A DNA stretch of 64,000 nucleotides from Candidatus Eiseniibacteriota bacterium (GTDB lineage Bacteria; Eisenbacteria; RBG-16-71-46; CAIMUX01; VGJL01), in contig CAWBWI010000006.1 in assembly GCA_963792585.1 (NCBI GenBank), forward strand, positions 416,001 through 480,000, read 5' to 3'. Below, one piece after another: positions 22,640 through 35,631 of the stretch. Numbering within the stretch: the first letter of the stretch is position 1; every line of letters starts with the position of its first letter. The position numbers were made by a program, and so were the translations under genes. The notes under the pieces are model-generated. The model was given only the letters and a program-made list of their open reading frames with translations, made no database searches and was not told the origin of the DNA.

Positions 22640-23185
22640 GCGCGCCGAGGCCGCGCCCGTGCTCGGCGCTGACTGGCCGAGTTCGACGACGGTCGAGCCC
22701 TTCCTCGCGGCCTGCGAGAAGGTGCGCGACGCCGGGCTTCACGCGCTGGGACGCCCACACGCCGTTCCCGGTCCACGGCCTGAACGACGCGATGGGCATC
22801 AGCACACGCGCCTGCCGCTGGCTCGTCCTGGGCGGCGGGCTCGACGGGCGGCGGCGTCGGCGTGCTGCTGCAGTGGTGGATGAACGCCGACGACTACCCG
22901 CTCGTGATCAGCGGCAAGCCGTTCTTCGGCCTCCCGGCGAACATCCCGGTCATCTTCGAGCTGACGATCCTCTTCGCGGCGCTCACGGCCTTCGTCGGGA
23001 TGCTGGCCTTGAACAACCTGCCGCTCTGGTACCATCCGCTCTTCACGAGCGAGCGGTTCCGGCGGGCGACGAGCGACCGGTTCTTCATCGTGATCGAGGC
23101 GGCCGACCCGAAGTTCGACGAGACGAGGACTGCCGCATTGCTGGCCTCCGTCGGCGGCGCCGACGTCGAGCGGGTGGAGGACTAG
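22636..23185 (+). CDS. actD: ACIII subunit D (DUF3341); frameshifted
   Basis: [54 protein letters not shown]. Confidence 0.88.
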
Positions 23186-23188
23186 ACG

Positions 23189-23834
23189 ATGCCGCGCTGG
23201 GTCCTCTATGTCATCCTGGTGCTGGTCACCCTCTCGTGGATTCCCGTTCGCCCTGATCGCGCGCGCGCGCACGACGAAGCATCCATACACCCGGATGCTG
23301 ATCATGCCGGACATGGACAAGCAGCCGAAGTATCAAGCCGCAGCGGACGAACCCCCTCTTCGCCGACAGCCGGGCCGACCGACGGCCGGTGGCGGGGACG
23401 GTGGCGCGCGGCCAGCTGAGGGACGACGACGCGTTCTACCGGGGCAAGGTGAACGGGCAGTGGATCACGGCGATGCCCGCTGCCGGTGACCGAGGCGCTC
23501 ATGCGGCGCGGCCAGGAGCGTTTCAACATCTACTGCGCCCCGTGCCACGGGCTGGCCGGCGCGGGCGACGGCATCGTCGCCAAGCGCGCCGACGCGCTGC
23601 AGGAGGGCACCTGGACGCCACCCTCGTCGCTGCACGATCCGACGGTCCGCGAGCGGCCGGTGGGACACCTCTTCAACACGATCACCAACGGAATCCGCAA
23701 CATGCCGGCCTACGGCGCGCAGATCCCCGAGGCGGATCGCTGGGCGATCGTCGCCTACGTGCGCGCCCTGCAGCGCAGCCAGAACGCGCCGCTCCAGGAC
23801 GTCCCGCCCGAGCTCCGGTCGACGCCTCCGCTAG
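23189..23834 (+). CDS. actE: ACIII subunit E, monoheme cytochrome c; frameshifted
   Basis: DMDKQPK, GTVARG, RGQERFNIYCAPCHG..G.GDG, ITNGIRNMPAY..QI..DRWAIVAYVRALQ. Confidence 0.88.
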
Positions 23835-23843
23835 GAGAACGCG

Positions 23844-25066
23844 ATGCATCGAACGGTCATCGACATCTTCAAGGAGAACCGGACGCTGGGCGGCGCCGCG
23901 CCCCGGATCTTGCGGGCGGCGCTCGTTCTCGGCGTCGCTCGGCCTCGTCGACCGCCATCGTGTTCGCCGGCCGGGACGACGGCAACCTGGCCCGCTTCTA
24001 CAGCGCCTATCTGACGAGCTTCGCCTATCTTCCTCAGCCTGTGCCTCGGCGCGCTCTTCTTCGTCCTGATCCAGCACGTGACGCGGGCGGGCTGGAGCGT
24101 GGTCGTGCGGCGCATCGCCGAGGCGATCGCCGCGAATACGCTGCCTCATGGCGGTGCTGGCGATTCCGCTCGTCCTCGGGATGCGCCACCTCTATCCCTG
24201 GACCAATCTGGAGCCCGTCGCCCACGATCCGCTCCTCCAGGGGAAGCAGCCGTACCTGAACGTCCCGTTCTTCGTGATCCGCTTGGCGGTCTACTTCATC
24301 GTCTGGGTGGGCCTCTGCCCAGTGGTTTCTCCGCCGCTCGCCGGCGCAGGACCGCAGCGGCGAGTCCGTCTGACCGCGCGGATGCAGCGCGCGAGTGCCC
24401 CGAGCCTGGTCGTCTTTGCGCTGACGATCAGCTTCGCCGCCTTCGACCTGCTGATGTCGCTCGATCCGCACTGGTACAGCACGATGTTCGGGGTCTACTA
24501 CTTCTCCGGCAGCGTCGTCGGGTTCTTCGCGCTCCTGCCGGTGATCACCATCCTGCTGCAGCGCTCGGGCCGCCTCGCGAATGCGATCACGCCCGAGCAC
24601 TACCACGACATGGGCAAGCTGGTCTTCGCCTTCACCGTCTTCTGGGCCTACATCGCGTTCTCCCAGTTCATGCTGATCTGGTACGCGAACATCCCGGAGG
24701 AGACCGGCTGGATGATCCGCCGCACCACGGGCGGGTGGGCCGGGGTGAGCTGGCTGCTGCTCTTCGGCCACTTCGTCGTGCCCTTCTTCGTGCTGCTCTC
24801 GCGATTCGTGAAGCGGCGGCGGCGGCTCCTGATCCTCCCCGCCATCTGGGTGCTCGCGATGCACTGGGTGGACATCTACTGGCTGGTGATGCCCGAAGCG
24901 CAGATGGGCCAGACGCGCGCCACCCTGCGGCCGGTCGACCTCACCTGTTTGATCGGCATGGGCGGTCTCTACGTCGGGCTGTCTCGCGCTCTGGTTGCGC
25001 GGCCGGTCGCTCGTTCCGGAGAAGGACCCGCGGCTGGACGAGTCGCTCTCCTTCGAGAACGCGTAA
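23844..25066 (+). CDS. actF: ACIII subunit F (membrane); frameshifted
   Basis: AGWSVVVRR, KQPYLNVPFF, FDLLMSLDPHWYSTMFG, HYHDMGKLVFAFTVFWAYIAFSQFMLIWYANIPEET. Confidence 0.88.
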
Positions 25067-25070
25067 GGGA

Positions 25071-25419
25071 ATGGCGATGAACGAGATGCCCACGGAAAAG
25101 CGGTATGACGACCCGAACCCCGTGCCGACGTTCGCGCTCGTTCTGATCGGCGCGATCCTCGTCACGCTGATCATCGTGGGTCTGCAGGCAGTCTACTACC
25201 ATGCTCAGAATGCGGAAGACCGACGGAAGATCGTCGCGCAGGCTCCGGAGGAGCTGCAGCTGCTGAAGTCGGAGCAGCTGGACAATCTGAACGGCTACCG
25301 CTGGGTCGAGCAAGGATAGGCATCGCCGCGATCCCGATCGACAGCGCCATGGAGATGACGGCGCGAAGGTTGAATGCGGCGCGGGCAACCACGTCCGACG
25401 ATCCGAGGCCCGTCCATGA
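25071..25419 (+). CDS. actG: ACIII subunit G-like single-TM protein; frameshifted, end approximate
   Basis: One TM helix then LNGYRWVE...IPIDSAM; lies between actF and SCO. Confidence 0.65.
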
Positions 25420-26260
25420 GAAGCTTCCTCGTGCATGCTGCTTGCCCTCGCGGTCCTCGCGGGCGCGGCGACGTGCGCCGCTTGCGCAGAGCGCGGCGAG
25501 CCGCTCCCGACGGAGCTGGAGGGGGTCGGGATCACCGAGCATCTCGACGCGCAGGTGCCTCTCGATCTCGCCTTCGACGACGAGACGGGCAAGCAGGTCG
25601 ACGCTCGGATCGTACTTCGTCAAGGACCGGCCGGTCATCCTGACCCTCAACTACTTCACCTGCCCGATGCTCTGCACCTTGATCCTGAACGGCATGATCG
25701 ACGCGCTGAAGGAGATCCCCTGGACGCCGGGCCGGCAGTTCGAGATCGTCACGGTGAGCATCGACCCGACCGAGACCCCGACGCTCGCCCGCCTGAAGAA
25801 GAAGTCGTATCTCGAAGCCTACGGGCGCCCCGACGCCGGGCGCAGGCTGGCACTTCCTGACCGGCGAGGAGGAGAGCATCCGCGCACTGACCGACGCGGT
25901 CGGCTTCAAGTACCGGTGGGACGAGGACGCAAAAGCAGTACGCCCACGCCGCGGCGATCTTCATCCTGACCCCCGACGGACACATCTCGCGCTATCTCTA
26001 CGGCGTGCAGTTCGAGCCGAAGGACGCTGCGCCTGTCGCTCCTGGAGGCATCCTCGGGAAAGATCGGCAGTCCGATCGATCAGGTGCTGCTGTACTGCTA
26101 TCACTACGACGCCAGCTCCGGGCGCTACTCCATCGCGGCGCAGCAGATCATGAAGCTCGGCGGGATCCTGACGGTCCTCGTCCTCGCGGGGTGGCTCATC
26201 GGTTCTGGTTGCGTGAGAGGTCGCCAGGGTCGCCGCCTCGCGCCCCGGCCGCAAACCTGA
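25416..26260 (+). CDS. SCO family copper chaperone; frameshifted, end approximate
   Basis: [25 protein letters not shown] (CxxxC), [25 protein letters not shown]. Confidence 0.85.
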
Positions 26261-26270
26261 AAGGAAGGCG

Positions 26271-27273
26271 TTGGATCGCGTGTTGAATCAGCTTGCTCCA
26301 TCGGATCGACCTGTCGCAATCGGGCGGCTCTTTCTGGATGCCGCCGCAGGCCTCCACGTCCGCGCCGGGCGTCGACAGGCTCTTCTACTTCATCTTCTGG
26401 ATCTCGCTCTTCTTCTTCGCGCTGATCGTCGGCCTGATGATCCGTCTTCGTCGTCCGCTACCGGCAGCGGCCGGCCGCAAGGCGGCGAAGGCGCCCACGC
26501 ACAACACGGCGCTCGAGCTGACCTGGACCGTGATCCCGCTGGTGCATCGTCTTCGTGATCTTCTACTTCGGGTTCCACGGGCTTCCTGGACATGCACGAC
26601 GCCGCCCGCCAACTCCTACGAGGTCCAGGTCGACCGCGCAGAAGTGGAAGTGGATGTTCACCTATCCGAACGGTTACGTGGACGAGAACCTGCACGTCCC
26701 CGTCGACACGCCCGGTCCGGCTGGTGATGACCTCCGAGGACGTGATCCACAGCTTCTACGTGCCCGACTTCCGGCTCAAGCAGGACGTCGTGCCGGGCCG
26801 CTACACCAAGGTCTGGTTCCGGGCCACGACGCCCGGGCGAGCCCACGACTCTTCTGCGCCGAGTACTGCGGCACGAGCCACTCCGACATGCTCGCGCAGG
26901 TGATCGTCCACGCCGCCGGGCGAGTTCGAGAAGTGGCTGGAGCGAGGCCGCGGACTTCGCTCGAGCAAGCTGCCCCCGGCCGAGGCGGGCGAGCGGCTCG
27001 TACAAGCACGCGCGGCTGCGCGCAGTGCCACTCGATCGACGGCAAGGCCGGGATCGGCCCGACGCTTCAAGGGCGTCTTCGGCCACTCGAGTGCCGCTGA
27101 AGGACGGCGACGACGGTCGCGGCGGACGAGAACTACATCCGCGAGTCGATCCTCGACCCGCAGGCGAAGGTCGTCGCCGGCTTCGAGCCGGTGATGCCGA
27201 CCTACCAGGGCCGGCTCAAGGACCAGGAGATCACGGCGATCATCGAGTACATGAAGACGCTTGAGGTCAGTGA
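26271..27273 (+). CDS. coxB: Cytochrome c oxidase subunit II with C-terminal cytochrome c (caa3 type); frameshifted
   Basis: [47 protein letters not shown] (CuA), CAQCHS, YIRESI, MPTYQG. Confidence 0.9.
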
Positions 27274-27289
27274 CGGGAGGGCGCGGCCA

Positions 27290-28987
<1,698 letters not shown>

Positions 28988-28988
28988 C

Positions 28989-29826
28989 ATGGCGAGAATC
29001 GAATCGAAGCGCGGCGCACGAGCACGGACGGCGCAGCGGCGCACGATCCGCACCTGGCGCACCACTTCGACACGCCGAAGCAGCAGTTCGAGTCGGGCAA
29101 GCTCGGCATGTGGCTCTTCCTGGCGACCGAGATCCTGCTCTTCGGCGGGCTGTTCTGCGCCTACGCGGTCTACCGCGTCCAACCACCCCGAGATCTTCGT
29201 CTACGCCCACCACTTCCTCGACAAGACGCTGGGCGGGCATCAACACGCTGGTCCTGATCTGCTCGAGCTTCACGATGGCCTGGGCGGTGCGCGCCGCGCA
29301 GCTCGGCGAACGCAGAAGCTCGTGACGCTGCTCGCCGCTGACGCTGCTCTGCGCCTTCGGGTTCCTCGGCATCAAGGGCGTCGAGTACGAGCACAAGTGG
29401 AAGCACGGGCTGCTCTGGGGCGCGCGCTACAACCCGACTCACGTTCATCACCCCACGACGGCTCCGCCGATGCCGGCGCATCCTCGCGCCCGCGGCATCG
29501 CACGGCGAAGACGCGCGCTACCGCCGGCGGCGATGGAACCGCAGGGGCTCGCGGGGCCTGCGGAAACGCACGCGGAGGCCGAGGCGGAGATGCCGCCGCC
29601 GAAGAACGTCCAGACCTTCTTCGGCATCTACTTCGTGATGACCGGCCTGCACGGCGTCCACGTGATCGCCGGCATGATCGTGATCGGCTGATCATGCTGC
29701 TCCGGGCGCTGCCGAGGCGAGTTCGGACCGGCGTACTTCGCTCCGGTCGACCTCGCCGGCCTCTACTGGCACCTGGTCGACCTGATCTGGATCTACCTCT
29801 TCCCGCTGCTGTACCTGATTCACTAG
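28989..29826 (+). CDS. coxC: Cytochrome c oxidase subunit III; frameshifted
   Basis: [80 protein letters not shown]. Confidence 0.9.
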
Positions 29827-29877
29827 CGCATTGACGCGCGGGCGAGCGGGGCCGACGATCGCTCAGAGGGGACGGCG

Positions 29878-30234
29878 ATGACAGATTCATCAACCACGAA
29901 CGGAGGCGCGCACGGGCTGGCGCACGTCATGCCGGTCAAGGTGCTCGCGGCGATCTGGGTGGCTCTCCTGGTCTTGACCTTCGTGACGGTCGCGGTCACC
30001 TGGGTCGACATCGGAAGCCTGAACCTCTGGGTCGCGCTGGCCATCGCCACGTTGAAGGCGACCCTCGTCGCCCTCTACTTCATGCACCTTCGCTACGATC
30101 GACCCATCAACGCGATCGTCTTCCTCACGGCCTTCGTCTTCGTGATGCTCTTCGTCGGGCTCGCCCTGACCGACACGGCGGCCTACAAACCGGAGATGAT
30201 CCCGGGCTACGCGCCGGGGATGCCGGCCAAATGA
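29878..30234 (+). CDS. coxD: Cytochrome c oxidase subunit IV family protein
   Basis: ALLVLTFVTV, LAIATLKATLVALYFMHL; three TM helices; intact ORF. Confidence 0.88.
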   Translation: MTDSSTTNGGAHGLAHVMPVKVLAAIWVALLVLTFVTVAVTWVDIGSLNLWVALAIATLKATLVALYFMHLRYDRPINAIVFLTAFVFVMLFVGLALTDTAAYKPEMIPGYAPGMPAK

Positions 30235-30803
30235 GCACCCCGGAGGGCGGGTCGGGACCGTCGGCCGGAAGGCTCGGCATGATCCTCCTGCTCGCGGCCC
30301 TCGCGATGCTCTTCGGTTCGACGATCGTCGGCTATCTGGTGATCCGCGCGCGGGCCCCGGTGTGGCCGCCTCCCGGAATGCCGGGACTGCCTCGGGGGCT
30401 ATGGATCTCGACGGCACTCATCCTCGTGAGCAGCGGCACCTTGGAGTTCGCGCGCTCTTCGCTCCGCAGCGCGGGGGGCCGTGGGCTGCGCGGCGGGATC
30501 CTGGTCACCCTCCTGCTCGGGATCGCATTCCTCGCGAATCAGACCGTCTGCTGGATGGGTCCGGTCGCCGCGAGGATCGCGGCCACGCCGAATGCGTACA
30601 CGTTTGGATTCTTCGTCCTCACGGGATTGCACGCGGCGCACGTGATCGGGGGTCTGATCCCGCTGGGAATCGTCACGGCGAACGCGGGCAAGGGGCGCTA
30701 CTCGGCCTCCTCCCACTCGGGCGTCGACTACGTCGCGATGTACTGGCACTTCCTCACGGTGGTCTGGATCATTCTGTTCGCGGTCTTATTGATCGGGGGG
30801 TGA
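30231..30803 (+). CDS. Second heme-copper oxidase subunit III-like protein
   Basis: LGMILLL..MLF, STALILVSS, FFVLTGLHAAHVIGG, YWHFL.VVW; ATGA overlap with coxD. Confidence 0.85.
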   Translation: MSTPEGGSGPSAGRLGMILLLAALAMLFGSTIVGYLVIRARAPVWPPPGMPGLPRGLWISTALILVSSGTLEFARSSLRSAGGRGLRGGILVTLLLGIAFLANQTVCWMGPVAARIAATPNAYTFGFFVLTGLHAAHVIGGLIPLGIVTANAGKGRYSASSHSGVDYVAMYWHFLTVVWIILFAVLLIGG

Positions 30804-30844
30804 GGCCGTAGGCGGCGCGCGGAACCCGGCAGAAGGTCTCTTCT

Positions 30845-31927
30845 CTACTTCCCATATCGCACGCGGCTGTCTTCCGGATGGAACGCGTGCCATGCGAACC
30901 AGAAGGCGTAGACCACGTCGCACGGCGGGTTGCTTGTCACACGAACCGTCGGGGGATCGACGCTCGCGCGCATGGAAATAGTGGCCTCGCCGACGACTCC
31001 GACAATGCCCCCCCCGCCTGTTGCGCTGATGGACACGATCTCCGGAACGGAACAGACCTCCCAACGCTGCGTAAGCTGCGGTATCCGGAAGGCGACGATC
31101 GGCGTCTTGGGCGCGAGACCACCCGGAGGCGGTAGCGGCCGCACCGGGAAGCGGAGCTTCGGCGTGCCGAAGTAGCTCCCGTAGGCGTCGGCCTTGTACT
31201 GATCCATCATCCCTGGTAAAGGTGCGAGGACGGTCGTCGCAGGATGCAACTCCCTCCACTCCCCCCACGAAATCTGGGCGATCGGGAGCAGATCGAGCCT
31301 GCGGCCGGCTGCCGGACCCGCGATCGCACGGAAACCGAGTTGGCTCCAGAGGCTCTCGCCGCCGCGATCGGGGCGGCGATCGTACATGAGCAGGTTCGAG
31401 TTGTACAAAAGACCGCTCACGCCGAATCGCAGGACCTCGCCTCCCATGCGGCGGTCGAACACGACGGCCGCATCGCAGAGCGGACTGTAGGTGACGGCGA
31501 TCGGACGACCATCGAGCGTGTCGTTGACGACTTCATGCCAGTTCAAGATACGGATGGGATAGGCGCGGGCCTGGTCGCCCACGACGACGCCGATGACGCG
31601 ATCGCTCGAGACGAGGAGTTTCTCCCGCCGACGCTGCGCATCCACCTGCTTCCCGGTGAGGATCGCCGGGTCCTGGATTGCGTGGATTCCGTCCTTCGGC
31701 AGGCCGCTCGCGACGATCTCGTCGGCGGGAATGACGGCGCTCGCGAGATCGAAGCCGTAGGTCGCCGGGTGCTTCCCGTCCCCGACGGCGCGTTCCCCCC
31801 TGGAGCTGAGGACCTCGATGACCCTCCAGGAGAAGATCCCGGTCGAGAGCACGATCGCAAGCAGGACGACCCAGCCTCCCCCGCGAAGGTCAAGGGTCCG
31901 TCGTTTGGATGCGGGTCCTATGGTCAC
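30845..31927 (-). CDS. DUF3179 family protein with N-terminal TM segment (start uncertain)
   Basis: PKDGIHAI, ARAYPIRILNWHEVVND, VTYSPLC, FGVSGLLYNSNLLMYD, ESLWSQ, FWFAWHAFHP. Confidence 0.85.
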   Translation of the reverse strand: MTIGPASKRRTLDLRGGGWVVLLAIVLSTGIFSWRVIEVLSSRGERAVGDGKHPATYGFDLASAVIPADEIVASGLPKDGIHAIQDPAILTGKQVDAQRRREKLLVSSDRVIGVVVGDQARAYPIRILNWHEVVNDTLDGRPIAVTYSPLCDAAVVFDRRMGGEVLRFGVSGLLYNSNLLMYDRRPDRGGESLWSQLGFRAIAGPAAGRRLDLLPIAQISWGEWRELHPATTVLAPLPGMMDQYKADAYGSYFGTPKLRFPVRPLPPPGGLAPKTPIVAFRIPQLTQRWEVCSVPEIVSISATGGGGIVGVVGEATISMRASVDPPTVRVTSNPPCDVVYAFWFAWHAFHPEDSRVRYGK

Positions 31928-32154
31928 GGTCCCGAGAATCACCCAAAAGGGGGGAAGGATCAAGGGACCTCCCGCGCGATCACTTGTGACGACGGTCGGT
32001 GTCAGGAGGTCCCTCGCCCACTTGCCGCAGGGGGCGCCCGGGGTCAGGTCCCGGTCCCCGATGGCCGATCCCCGATCGCCCGGTTTCCCGCCTCCGCCGG
32101 CTCGATTCCCGGACCGGACTTGCCTTCCTGCGTGTCCGGACGATCGCGGCGGTC

Positions 32155-32172
32155 TCTTACATCCTTCTTACA
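32155..32172. promoter_or_regulatory. Heptamer direct repeat TCTTACA-N4-TCTTACA, candidate SARP/OmpR-type wHTH site
   Basis: Two perfect copies at 11-bp period in the divergent intergenic region before a BTAD regulator. Confidence 0.5.
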
Positions 32173-32205
32173 AGAACGGTCCGAGCCTTCTAAGATCGGC
32201 GCACG

Positions 32206-35200
32206 ATGAGCCAAGCCAGAAGGACGCCGCGGGGGTCCTCTCTCGTTCCGCGCCCGCGGCTGATGCGTCACTTTTCCGGTCGCTGGAAAGTCGGCGTCCT
32301 CTCCGCGCCGGCCGGATACGGCAAGACGACCCTGGCCGCTCAGGTCACTGCCGGGCTGAACCCGGTATGGTGCCGGTTGAGTCCCGAGGACCGGGACACC
32401 GCCCACCTGCTCGGCAACCTGCTCGCGGCGGGGCTTCGTCTACACCCTCCGGTTGGCACACGCACCTCGCGCCTCTTCGTGTCGCGTCGCGACATGGAGC
32501 GCGACGGCGGACTCCTGACGGGAAGCCTGCTCGACGAGTTGATCCACCCGGGGGGCGAGCGGTTCGTCGTACTCGACGATCTCCACGTCCTCGCCGACGC
32601 GCGGGAGGCGCTCGGCTGGATCCGAAGATTGATCGAGGAGAGCGCGCCCAGCGTCCGGTTCCTCCTGACCTGCCGCGGGGATTGCCCTCTCCCGCTGGCC
32701 CGGCTCCGCGTCCGGGAGGGGCTGGTCCAGGTCGGGGCGCAGGAGCTCGATTTCACCGAACCCGAACAGCGGCGCCTCCTGGAGGCGGGGTCCGGGCACA
32801 GGCTGTCCCGGGGGGAGTCGACGCGCCTGCGCGGAATCGTGGGAGGTTGGGCCGCCGGCCTCGTCCTCGCTTCCCAGCACGTCGCACGCACGGGACATGC
32901 GCCTGCCGCGCCCGAGCTGGAAAAGACCGAGGAGCGCAATCAGCGCCTGGTCGCCTATCTCGCGGAGGAGGTCTACGCCCCCTTGCCGAGGCGACTCCAG
33001 CGCGATCTCTGCAGGGCCGCGCTGCTGGAGGATCTGGACCGTGAATCGCTTCGCGTACTCCTGGGTAGACGTGAGGGCGACGCGCTCCTGCACGAGATCA
33101 CCCGGCGTGACCTCTTCGTGCGTATGCTCCCGGACGGCGGCGCCGCGCCGCGATTCCACCCACTCCTGCGCGCCTATCTTCGGGGACGTCTCGAGGAACA
33201 CGTCGGGTCGGGCGCCCGCCAGAGGTTGGTGGCGCGCTTGTCCCGCTACTGGCTCCGCCGCGGCGAAGCGGGGAGGGCGGTGCGCGCCCTGCTCTCGGCA
33301 GGCGAACTCGAGGATGCGATCCGACTCTTCGAGCAGGCGGCCAGCGGAACTTCCGGCGGGCCGGAACAGTCCGCCCTCGCGCCCCTGGCGACGGAGATCC
33401 TGCGGCAAAGCCCCGATCGCGCGATCGCCTCCCCCTGGGTCTGCTACCACGCGACCGACACCGCCAGGCAGGCGAGCGACTACGATGAGGCAACCCGACT
33501 CCTCCATGCGGCGCAGGACCGGTTCCTGGAGCGACGCGCCTACGTGCAGGCGGCGCGAACCTACCGCAGAGAGGCCATCTCGGCGCAGCAAAGAGGACAG
33601 ATCCGCGAGGGGTTCGCCCGGGGCGTTGCGTTGCTCGACGTGCTCCCGAAGAAGTCGCCCCTCGCGCGAGGTCTCGTGACCCTTCGTCTGGGGGTCCTCT
33701 CCCTCGAGATGGGTCGCCCGGACGATGCGGAGCGATTCACCGTGGAAGCGATCCGGCTTCTGCGGCTCGCGGGCGACGAGGTCGAGATCGCGGACGCGTC
33801 GGTCCAGCGTGCGAGCATCGCCTACACGAAGGGGCGCTGGGATATCTACGTGCGGCTGGCGCGACAGGCGATGACCGTCTATCGCCGCGCCGGCTACACA
33901 CACAGGCTCGAGTCGCTCCTGATCAACTCGGCGGAAGCATTCACCTACCTCGGCGAGGAGGAGAAGGCGATCGCTCACCTCGACGAGGCCAGGGCCGTCC
34001 ACGCGAACACGGGATTGCCGGTCTACGCGGTCTTGGAGGCGATCGGAAGGGCGCGCGCCCGCTCCGAGAAGGGCGACCTCGCGCGCGCGACGGAGCATTT
34101 CGCCGAGGCGCGGACCTTGACGGAGCAGTGGGGGTCTTCGGCGATGGCGCTCCAGCTCGACGCCTGGACGGGAATCCACGAGCGCCGGTGCGGACGGCTT
34201 CGACCGGCACTCCGACTCCTTTCCAGGGCGCTCGTCGGCTTCGGTCGCGTCGAGTCGCCGCCCTGGATCGCGCTCACGCGCATGGAACGGGCTGTGGTGA
34301 TCGGGTTGCTGGGGCGAACCGACGAGGCCCTCGCGGAGTTGGACGTCGCCGCGGCAAGCTCGAAGCGGATGGGCGATCGGAAGGAACTCGCGCGGAACAC
34401 GCTTTTCCGCGCGCGTGTGCTTCAGCGAGGGAACCGCGCGTTCATTCCAACCTTCGAGGCCGCGTTGCGCGCCCTCACGCGCGAGCACTACATCGTCCTG
34501 CTGCGCAAGGAGGCCGACGTCTCGGTCCCGCTGCTTACCGGCGCCCTCGATGGTGCGGGGTCGCCGATTCTCCGGCGTGCGATCTTGGCGGCGCCCGAGG
34601 AGCTCCGAGCCCGTGTCGATCGAGGGCTGAGGAAGGCTCATAAGTCGGTCGACCACCCGCGAGCGGACAAGGATCACCGGGACGGTCGCGGCGATCGGGT
34701 GGGCATGGCCGCCCGTCGATCAGGAATCGGCGGCGACCGTCCGGGCATCGGCGTCGGTCGCCCCGGCGTGAAGGGCGTTCACGCGCGGCCGGGGATCATC
34801 GAGATCCGTCTGCTGGGCGACTTCGCCGTCGAGATCGACGGACGTCCGGTCCGGTTCCCGCGGCGCGCCTCCGAGGCGCTCGTCGCCTATCTCGCCATGA
34901 ACCGGAGGAACCCAGTTCCCCGCGAGGTGATCACGGAGGCGATCTGGCCCGGCGCCCCGGGCGCGACGGCCCGCAACCGTTTCGACGTCACCCTCTTTGC
35001 GGCGCGGAAGGCGCTGGAACCCGGGGCCGGTCGACGCGGGCCGTTCCACGTCCTCATCACCGATGCGGGATTGTGCAGGCTCGGCCCGGTCGAGGTCGGA
35101 CTCGATGTCGAATCGTTCGAAGCGCAGGCGCGCTCCTGCCGCGCGCTGCTCGAACGGCTCGCCCGCCGTCCATGGGCGGACCGGGCGGAGATCTCCCGAG

Positions 35201-35631
35201 CGGAAATACGCGAGGGGCGTGCGCGGATCGAGGCCGCGCTCGAGATCTATCGCGGCGACCTCCTGCCGGGCCTGCCCTACGCGGACTGGGTCCAGGCGGA
35301 GAGGGAGCGCCTGCGCGACACCCATCATCGGATCCTTCTCGGCAAGGGCATGCTGGCGTTGCACGAGGATCGCGCGACCGAGGCGGCGGAAGCGGCGCGC
35401 GCGATCCTCGCCGATGATCCCCTTCACGAGGAGGGGCAGCGGCTGTTGATGCCGGCGCTGGCGGCCCAAGGGGAATGGGATGCGCTCGCGCGCGGATACG
35501 CGCTCTTCGCCCGCAGATTCGTTCGCGAGATGGGGACCCTCCCGGGGCCCGAGACAGCTGCGCTCTACCGCGACCTTACCGCAGGTCGATCGGTCCCCGA
35601 TTCCCGACCAGCAGGATCAAGAAGACCGTGA
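32206..35631 (+). CDS. MalT-like STAND ATPase-TPR regulator with C-terminal SARP-type wHTH-BTAD
   Basis: VPRPRL, APAGYGKTTL, VLDDLH, GWAAG, YLAEEV, RFHPL; C-terminal IRLLGDF.V, EAIWP, LDVESFE, YRGDLLPG..W..ERERL, DPLHEE. Confidence 0.88.
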   Translation: MSQARRTPRGSSLVPRPRLMRHFSGRWKVGVLSAPAGYGKTTLAAQVTAGLNPVWCRLSPEDRDTAHLLGNLLAAGLRLHPPVGTRTSRLFVSRRDMERDGGLLTGSLLDELIHPGGERFVVLDDLHVLADAREALGWIRRLIEESAPSVRFLLTCRGDCPLPLARLRVREGLVQVGAQELDFTEPEQRRLLEAGSGHRLSRGESTRLRGIVGGWAAGLVLASQHVARTGHAPAAPELEKTEERNQRLVAYLAEEVYAPLPRRLQRDLCRAALLEDLDRESLRVLLGRREGDALLHEITRRDLFVRMLPDGGAAPRFHPLLRAYLRGRLEEHVGSGARQRLVARLSRYWLRRGEAGRAVRALLSAGELEDAIRLFEQAASGTSGGPEQSALAPLATEILRQSPDRAIASPWVCYHATDTARQASDYDEATRLLHAAQDRFLERRAYVQAARTYRREAISAQQRGQIREGFARGVALLDVLPKKSPLARGLVTLRLGVLSLEMGRPDDAERFTVEAIRLLRLAGDEVEIADASVQRASIAYTKGRWDIYVRLARQAMTVYRRAGYTHRLESLLINSAEAFTYLGEEEKAIAHLDEARAVHANTGLPVYAVLEAIGRARARSEKGDLARATEHFAEARTLTEQWGSSAMALQLDAWTGIHERRCGRLRPALRLLSRALVGFGRVESPPWIALTRMERAVVIGLLGRTDEALAELDVAAASSKRMGDRKELARNTLFRARVLQRGNRAFIPTFEAALRALTREHYIVLLRKEADVSVPLLTGALDGAGSPILRRAILAAPEELRARVDRGLRKAHKSVDHPRADKDHRDGRGDRVGMAARRSGIGGDRPGIGVGRPGVKGVHARPGIIEIRLLGDFAVEIDGRPVRFPRRASEALVAYLAMNRRNPVPREVITEAIWPGAPGATARNRFDVTLFAARKALEPGAGRRGPFHVLITDAGLCRLGPVEVGLDVESFEAQARSCRALLERLARRPWADRAEISRAEIREGRARIEAALEIYRGDLLPGLPYADWVQAERERLRDTHHRILLGKGMLALHEDRATEAAEAARAILADDPLHEEGQRLLMPALAAQGEWDALARGYALFARRFVREMGTLPGPETAALYRDLTAGRSVPDSRPAGSRRP

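Noticed and set aside
30845..31927. Selenoprotein DUF3179
   Set aside because: No in-frame TGA; the motif is SPLC in an uninterrupted ORF.
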